A stretch of DNA of 38,903 nucleotides from a virus (taxonomy: Duplodnaviria > Caudoviricetes). The DNA is taken from positions 1-38,903 of IMG/VR virus record IMGVR_UViG_3300027205_000004; one strand, 5' to 3'. This document shows positions 34,876 through 38,903 of this stretch, one piece after another (the stretch's first letter is position 1; the number at the start of each line of letters is the position of its first letter). The notes beneath the pieces were generated by a model. That model was not told where the DNA came from, searched no databases, and saw only the letters and a list, made by a program, of their open reading frames with translations. A program made the position numbers and the translations under genes.

Positions 34876-35318
34876 ACCAGTGTTATTCCTGGAAGACCAT
34901 CGGCATCCCAGCGCCACAGGGCAGCAAACGTCATGTCGGCATGGGACGCATGATCGAGTCCTGCAAGGCACTGAAACCTTGGCGTGAAATGATCATCGCT
35001 GACGCCAAGAAGCTGGGCATCGAAACGCCGCTCGACACACCCGTGGGTGTCTCCTTGGTGTTCTGCTTTCCAAGACCTAAAAAGCATTTCAATAACAAGG
35101 GTGAACTGCTCGGCAAAGCACCGAAGCACAAGATGACCCGACCTGACCTCGACAAGCTCACCAGAGCAGTGCTAGATAGCCTCGTGTACGGCGGTGTGAT
35201 CAAGGACGATTCGCTGGTCTACAACATCTCTGCGCACAAGCGGTTCTGTGTCGGCAAGGAGGAGCCAGGCGTTCTGATCACGGTTATGGACAGCAGTGAC
35301 CTCCCGTTCCGACCTTGA
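34872..35318 (+). CDS. rusA: Holliday junction resolvase
   Basis: PAPQGSKR, F.FPRPK.H, PDLDKL.RAVLD.L, DDS.V. Confidence 0.92.
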   Translation: MNQCYSWKTIGIPAPQGSKRHVGMGRMIESCKALKPWREMIIADAKKLGIETPLDTPVGVSLVFCFPRPKKHFNNKGELLGKAPKHKMTRPDLDKLTRAVLDSLVYGGVIKDDSLVYNISAHKRFCVGKEEPGVLITVMDSSDLPFRP

Positions 35319-35343
35319 CGTGCTATGATTTGCCTGCGATTGG

Positions 35344-35387
35344 ATCGCCCTGAGCTGAGGCAGTGGCTTCACCGGGGCGATTTTTTT
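35344..35387 (+). terminator. Intrinsic terminator shortly after an extended -10 promoter
   Basis: ATCGCCCTG/CGGGGCGAT stem + T7; TG-C-TATGAT at 35321-35329. Confidence 0.6.
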
Positions 35388-35412
35388 ATGCTGTGATCAC
35401 ACAGGAGGCAGC

Positions 35413-36216
35413 ATGATCGAGATCGTATTCAAGCCTGAAGAGATTATCGGCAAGATCACTGAGCTGCAGAAGGTGCAGATCCCACGCGCCAGTGCAATTG
35501 CCCTAAATCAAGCCGTCTACGCCGCATCACAGGAGCTGAAGTCGCAAGCCAAAACAATCTTCAACAACCCTGTCCCTTTCACCGTCAATTCGTTTCTCTA
35601 CAAAAAGCCTCAACAAGTCGGCGACAGCATCGAAGCCAAGATTTTTATTCGTGATCAGGCTCCCAAGGGCAATGCACCTGCTGAATACCTGTTGCCTCAG
35701 ATTTATGGTGGCAGGCATTTCCCAACGCGCTTCCAAGGCGCTTTGCTGAACACTGTTGTTCAAAACGCAACGGGCAGAAATGTGCAGGTTGGCCAGCGCG
35801 GCAAAATCATGATCCCAAATCTGCGTAGTCCTAAAACACGCGTCAACCAATACGGAAATATGTCACCAGGACAGTTCACGCAGATCCTGTCTGCTCTGAA
35901 AGGCAACATCAGCTCAGCAGACATCTACGGCGTCAGGCAGCGTGGTGAAGTACCAGTCAACGATCAGGCGCTCAGCAAGTACATCTACCTCGATGAAGAA
36001 AGCCTGTACGAACCGTATTTCCGTCGTCGCTTTACCAATTCACCCAAGCCTGGTATTTACTTCGTCGACAGACGCACCGCTGGCACGCGTTACTACCGCG
36101 TCATGACGGAAAGCAAAATACCAACCTACACCGGCAAATTTCCCTTCAGAGATATTGCAGAGAATGCTGCAAGACAACGCTTCAATGAAGTTTTTTCGTC
36201 AATCATTTTGCGTTGA
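35413..36216 (+). CDS. Putative neck/tail completion protein (gpZ-like)
   Basis: AGGAGG RBS; A.ALN, F.NP.PFT.NS, YL.PQI.GG.R, N.YGN motifs. Confidence 0.6.
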   Translation: MIEIVFKPEEIIGKITELQKVQIPRASAIALNQAVYAASQELKSQAKTIFNNPVPFTVNSFLYKKPQQVGDSIEAKIFIRDQAPKGNAPAEYLLPQIYGGRHFPTRFQGALLNTVVQNATGRNVQVGQRGKIMIPNLRSPKTRVNQYGNMSPGQFTQILSALKGNISSADIYGVRQRGEVPVNDQALSKYIYLDEESLYEPYFRRRFTNSPKPGIYFVDRRTAGTRYYRVMTESKIPTYTGKFPFRDIAENAARQRFNEVFSSIILR

Positions 36217-36337
36217 AGTTCTTGCGGTAGGTCGGTTTAAAGGGCGAAGTTCTTGCGAGATGTCGGTTTAAAAGGCCAAGTTCTTGCGGGAGGTCGGTTT
36301 AAAGGGCTATGTACCGGATCGGGGTCGGTTTAGGGTG
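36215..36337. repeat. 31-bp tandem repeat, 3 good copies + 1 degenerate
   Basis: AAGTTCTTGCGnnnnGTCGGTTTAAArGGC; units start at 36215, 36246, 36277, 36308. Confidence 0.9.
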
Positions 36338-36341
36338 AAAA

Positions 36342-36531
36342 TGAGAATCGCTCTCAAAGGGTACGTTTGTACTACTGATAATGAGAATCATTCTCAAAAT
36401 GCGGCAAGGCGCATAGAATGCGTGATAATGAGAATCATTCTCAGCAGCCAAGCGGCCACCTAGCCTCCTTGCAATTGCGAATCATTCGCAACAACAGAAG
36501 GCGCACCCGTCCTAGGTGAGAATCGCCGCGA
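36342..36531. promoter_or_regulatory. Cluster of TGAGAATnATTCTCA palindromes (Fur-box-like)
   Basis: Copies at 36342, 36382, 36429, 36476, 36517. Confidence 0.7.
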
Positions 36532-36781
36532 GACCGAGAGCGGCTTTCCTTGTATATGGGTCGCAATGGTGCGACCGTTTGCCTAGGTTCAGCCCATACC
36601 GTCGCCCGGCGCTGCTGTGCCAGGCAATGCGCCAAACCAGCAAACCGGCGCATGGTGCCGCATGCTGTGACAATTGGCGAACCGTCCTAATTTTCAGCAC
36701 AGCCATCTTGCCGCCTACCGGTAGGCGCTATCATTCACGCATCGCCCGGATTCCAATCGCTCACCGGGCGACCCTGAAACC

Positions 36782-36970
36782 GTGACCCTTACCGCTCTGC
36801 TGTGGCTGCTGCTGCCCTTGCTGGCTGTGGTTGCCCTGATTGATCTCGCGACAATGTCGACCGAACGCCGCGTTCGCTTGCTGCGCAATGCCGGCCTATC
36901 GCAATCGGCCATTGCTGCCCGGCTTGGCTGCAGCCGTTACCGCGTCCGTCTTGCCCTTGCCGTCGCATGA
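36782..36970 (+). CDS. Small membrane-anchored HTH protein
   Basis: Hydrophobic N-terminus + GLSQSAIAARLGCSRYRVR. Confidence 0.7.
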   Translation: MTLTALLWLLLPLLAVVALIDLATMSTERRVRLLRNAGLSQSAIAARLGCSRYRVRLALAVA

Positions 36971-37049
36971 TCGGTCCCATCCTTCCCGGTGAATGCATCG
37001 CCGCTATCCGTTCCATCCCTTCACCCGTTACCACCGCCACCGCCCTGCC

Positions 37050-37274
37050 ATGTCTCTCACCGAATTGCAAGCGGCCGCCCTTGCTGCTGAAGTCGCAAAG
37101 TGTGACCGCCTGCTAGCCAAACTGTGGGCAGATGATGCCCGGCAAACCGTGATGATGCGTCGCCGCTCGCTGTTGCGATTGCTTCATGACGTGCCGCTGG
37201 CCGTGCAATTGCCTATTGATTGGCAACCGCCAGCTCACCCGCAAGTTGCCAACCTGCCGCCTGAGTTTCAATGA
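37050..37274 (+). CDS. Hypothetical protein
   Basis: ATG 37050; coupled to next gene. Confidence 0.5.
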   Translation: MSLTELQAAALAAEVAKCDRLLAKLWADDARQTVMMRRRSLLRLLHDVPLAVQLPIDWQPPAHPQVANLPPEFQ

Positions 37275-37414
37275 ATGCCCGACTCTGGCCATCGGCCGCC
37301 GATGAATTTCAAGAACAGGCCGCCGACTTTATGGCCGATCACCCTGAGCTGCCCGATGGCTGGCTGCCAGACCCCGAGGATCTCGAAACGTGGTGGCTGT
37401 CGGGTCCAGACTGA
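37271..37414 (+). CDS. 47-aa acidic Trp-rich protein, not in ORF track
   Basis: Manual translation MNARLWPSAADEFQEQ... Confidence 0.5.
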   Translation: MNARLWPSAADEFQEQAADFMADHPELPDGWLPDPEDLETWWLSGPD

Positions 37415-37505
37415 GAACCGGCCTATCACCTAGCACGCCTACCCATAGGCGCGATATCTTAATTGCAGGGCAGCATCCTGCCCGATCCAATCGCAACCCT
37501 GAATC

Positions 37506-37919
37506 ATGGCCACACGCTCAGCTCTGGCGGTTCAATCCGGCCAGACAATCCGCGCCATTTACTGCCATTGGGATGGCTACCCTTCCCATCAATTGCCCAT
37601 CCTGCAGCGCCGATACAACACCCTGGCGGCTGCCCTTGCCTTGATCACGCCGGGTGATCTTTCAGCACTTGAGACTGAAACCGGATGGGACCGCCAACCG
37701 CTGCAACAATCCCGCCCGCTCTACTACCACGAACGCGGCGACGCCAATATCTCACCGCGCAGCTTTGCAAGCCGTGATGATCTCATCGCGTGGGCTGATG
37801 GCTGCGACTGTGAACACGTCTACATCTATCAGCCACGCAAGGGATGGCACCATGCGCCAATCGCCCGCCAACCTATCGGCGCTGGAATCATGCCCGGCGT
37901 TGATCCTGCCCAGTGGTAA
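37506..37919 (+). CDS. Conserved phage protein (YCHWDGYP family)
   Basis: MATRS.....IYCHWDGYP, GDLS.L, YYH.RG, E..Y motifs. Confidence 0.75.
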   Translation: MATRSALAVQSGQTIRAIYCHWDGYPSHQLPILQRRYNTLAAALALITPGDLSALETETGWDRQPLQQSRPLYYHERGDANISPRSFASRDDLIAWADGCDCEHVYIYQPRKGWHHAPIARQPIGAGIMPGVDPAQW

Positions 37920-37925
37920 TCCATC

Positions 37926-37948
37926 GCCCGCCATTGCGCGGGCTTTTT
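37926..37948 (+). terminator. Intrinsic terminator
   Basis: GCCCGC/GCGGGC stem + T5. Confidence 0.6.
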
Positions 37949-37971
37949 ATCTTCAATCGCAACCGCTCACC

Positions 37972-38667
37972 ATGGCCAAACTCTCAGACCTTAGGTTCCA
38001 CCTAACCCGCGTCAGTTCAAACGTAAAAACCGGACCGATACCGGTTAGCACTTCATCCCGCGCCACCTGTCCAGCGTCTTGCCCATTTGCCGGGAATGGT
38101 TGCTATGCGGAATCGGGACCGCTTGCCCTGCATTGGCAAAAAGTCACAGCAGCCGAACGCGGCGAACCGTTGCCCCGCTTCCTTGCCGCAATCGCTGCCC
38201 TGCCCGTTGGCCAGATCTGGCGACACAATCAAGCGGGCGACCTGCCCCACACTGCGGGCAGAATCAGTCGCCGCTTTATTCGGGCGATCATCGCCGCAAA
38301 CCGTGGCCGCAATGGGTACACGTACACGCATCACAGCCTGGCCATTGGCGAGAATGCGTCGCTCATCCGTTCGGCCAATCGCAACGGCTTCACGGTTAAC
38401 GTTTCGACCGAATCGGAATCAGCAGCCGATCACGCTATCGCCGCCGGTTTGCCTGCCGTGCTGGCTGTGCCATCCGATGAAACCCGCGTCACATGGCAAA
38501 CAGCCGCAGGCAATCGCGTTCTAGTCTGCCCTGCGCAGCGCAGCGATACTAAAACCTGCGCAGACTGCAAGCTATGCCATAAACGCGGCCGCCGCGTGAT
38601 CATTGCATTCCTTGCCCATGGAATCGGCAGGCGCAAGGTAAACGCCGCAATCGCAGCCGCCACCTAA
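37972..38667 (+). CDS. Cys-rich putative Fe-S / radical-SAM-like phage protein
   Basis: SN.KTG, TCPASCPF...GCYA, R.N.AGD, YTYTH, CPAQ....TCADCKLC, F.AHG. Confidence 0.7.
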   Translation: MAKLSDLRFHLTRVSSNVKTGPIPVSTSSRATCPASCPFAGNGCYAESGPLALHWQKVTAAERGEPLPRFLAAIAALPVGQIWRHNQAGDLPHTAGRISRRFIRAIIAANRGRNGYTYTHHSLAIGENASLIRSANRNGFTVNVSTESESAADHAIAAGLPAVLAVPSDETRVTWQTAAGNRVLVCPAQRSDTKTCADCKLCHKRGRRVIIAFLAHGIGRRKVNAAIAAAT

Positions 38668-38692
38668 CGCCGCCACACAATCCGCCACCATC

Positions 38693-38719
38693 GCCCGGCC
38701 ATTCGGTCGGGTCTTTTTT
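38693..38719 (+). terminator. Intrinsic terminator
   Basis: GCCCGGCC/GGTCGGGT stem + T6. Confidence 0.7.
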
Positions 38720-38733
38720 GTGCCTGCCCTTAC

Positions 38734-38859
38734 TGAGAATGCGTCGCAATTGCAGCGACCCTAGGGGCAGCCGTGGCGGGTGAGAATGAGAATCAGTCGC
38801 AGGAATTGGCGAGAATGAGAACCGTTCTCACGGTGAGACAGAAATGAGAATGATTTTCA
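38734..38859. promoter_or_regulatory. Second cluster of TGAGAATnATTCTCA-like palindromes
   Basis: Copies at 38734, 38787, 38816, 38845. Confidence 0.65.
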
Positions 38860-38864
38860 ATTGC

Positions 38865-38903
38865 GGGTCCTTCCTGCACCCTGCGGCGTAGGTAATTTCG
38901 AAC
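38865..38903 (+). other. cos region: cosQ-like GGGTCCT plus right copy of terminal repeat
   Basis: GGGTCCT at 38865-38871 equals lambda cosQ; repeat at 38891-38903; terS follows on the circle. Confidence 0.65.

Noticed and set aside
36215-36531. CRISPR mini-array
   Set aside because: The 31-bp units are contiguous with no spacers; the palindromes are only 15 bp with irregular spacing; no cas genes.
37654-37971. N-terminal 106 aa of the 337-aa ORF call
   Set aside because: Overlaps the 37506 gene and a terminator; the true start is more likely ATG 37972.

Overview
This is an apparently complete 38.9-kb genome of a lambda-like siphovirus, probably a cyanophage (host inferred from gene family resemblance only). 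It is given cos-to-cos: a 13-nt terminal repeat GGTAATTTCGAAC sits just after a lambda cosQ-like GGGTCCT. Gene order: terminase, portal, a fused protease-capsid ORF, neck and tail genes (TAC frameshift, tape measure, M/L/K/I/J), tail fibre, a small-gene array with a tyrosine recombinase, lysis genes, dcd, HNH, a leftward recombination operon, a rightward replication/RusA operon, and a right-end module flanked by Fur-box-like palindromes. The strongest candidate for an undescribed system is at 20.5-24.2 kb. Eight related short inverted-repeat sites (TAG[T/G]-N7-[A/G/C/T][C/T]TA) punctuate the tail-fibre gene at module borders and separate the downstream small genes, directly upstream of an arm-less tyrosine recombinase. 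This resembles a hybrid shufflon/integron for swapping fibre modules and gene cassettes. The same locus carries twin covarying RNA leaders and a probable three-hairpin sRNA. Other highlights are a non-splicing Hint domain at the N-terminus of tail tip protein J, a probable -1 frameshift in a holin-like gene, and an internal start inside the capsid polyprotein. All family calls are from motif recognition by eye; no searches were run.
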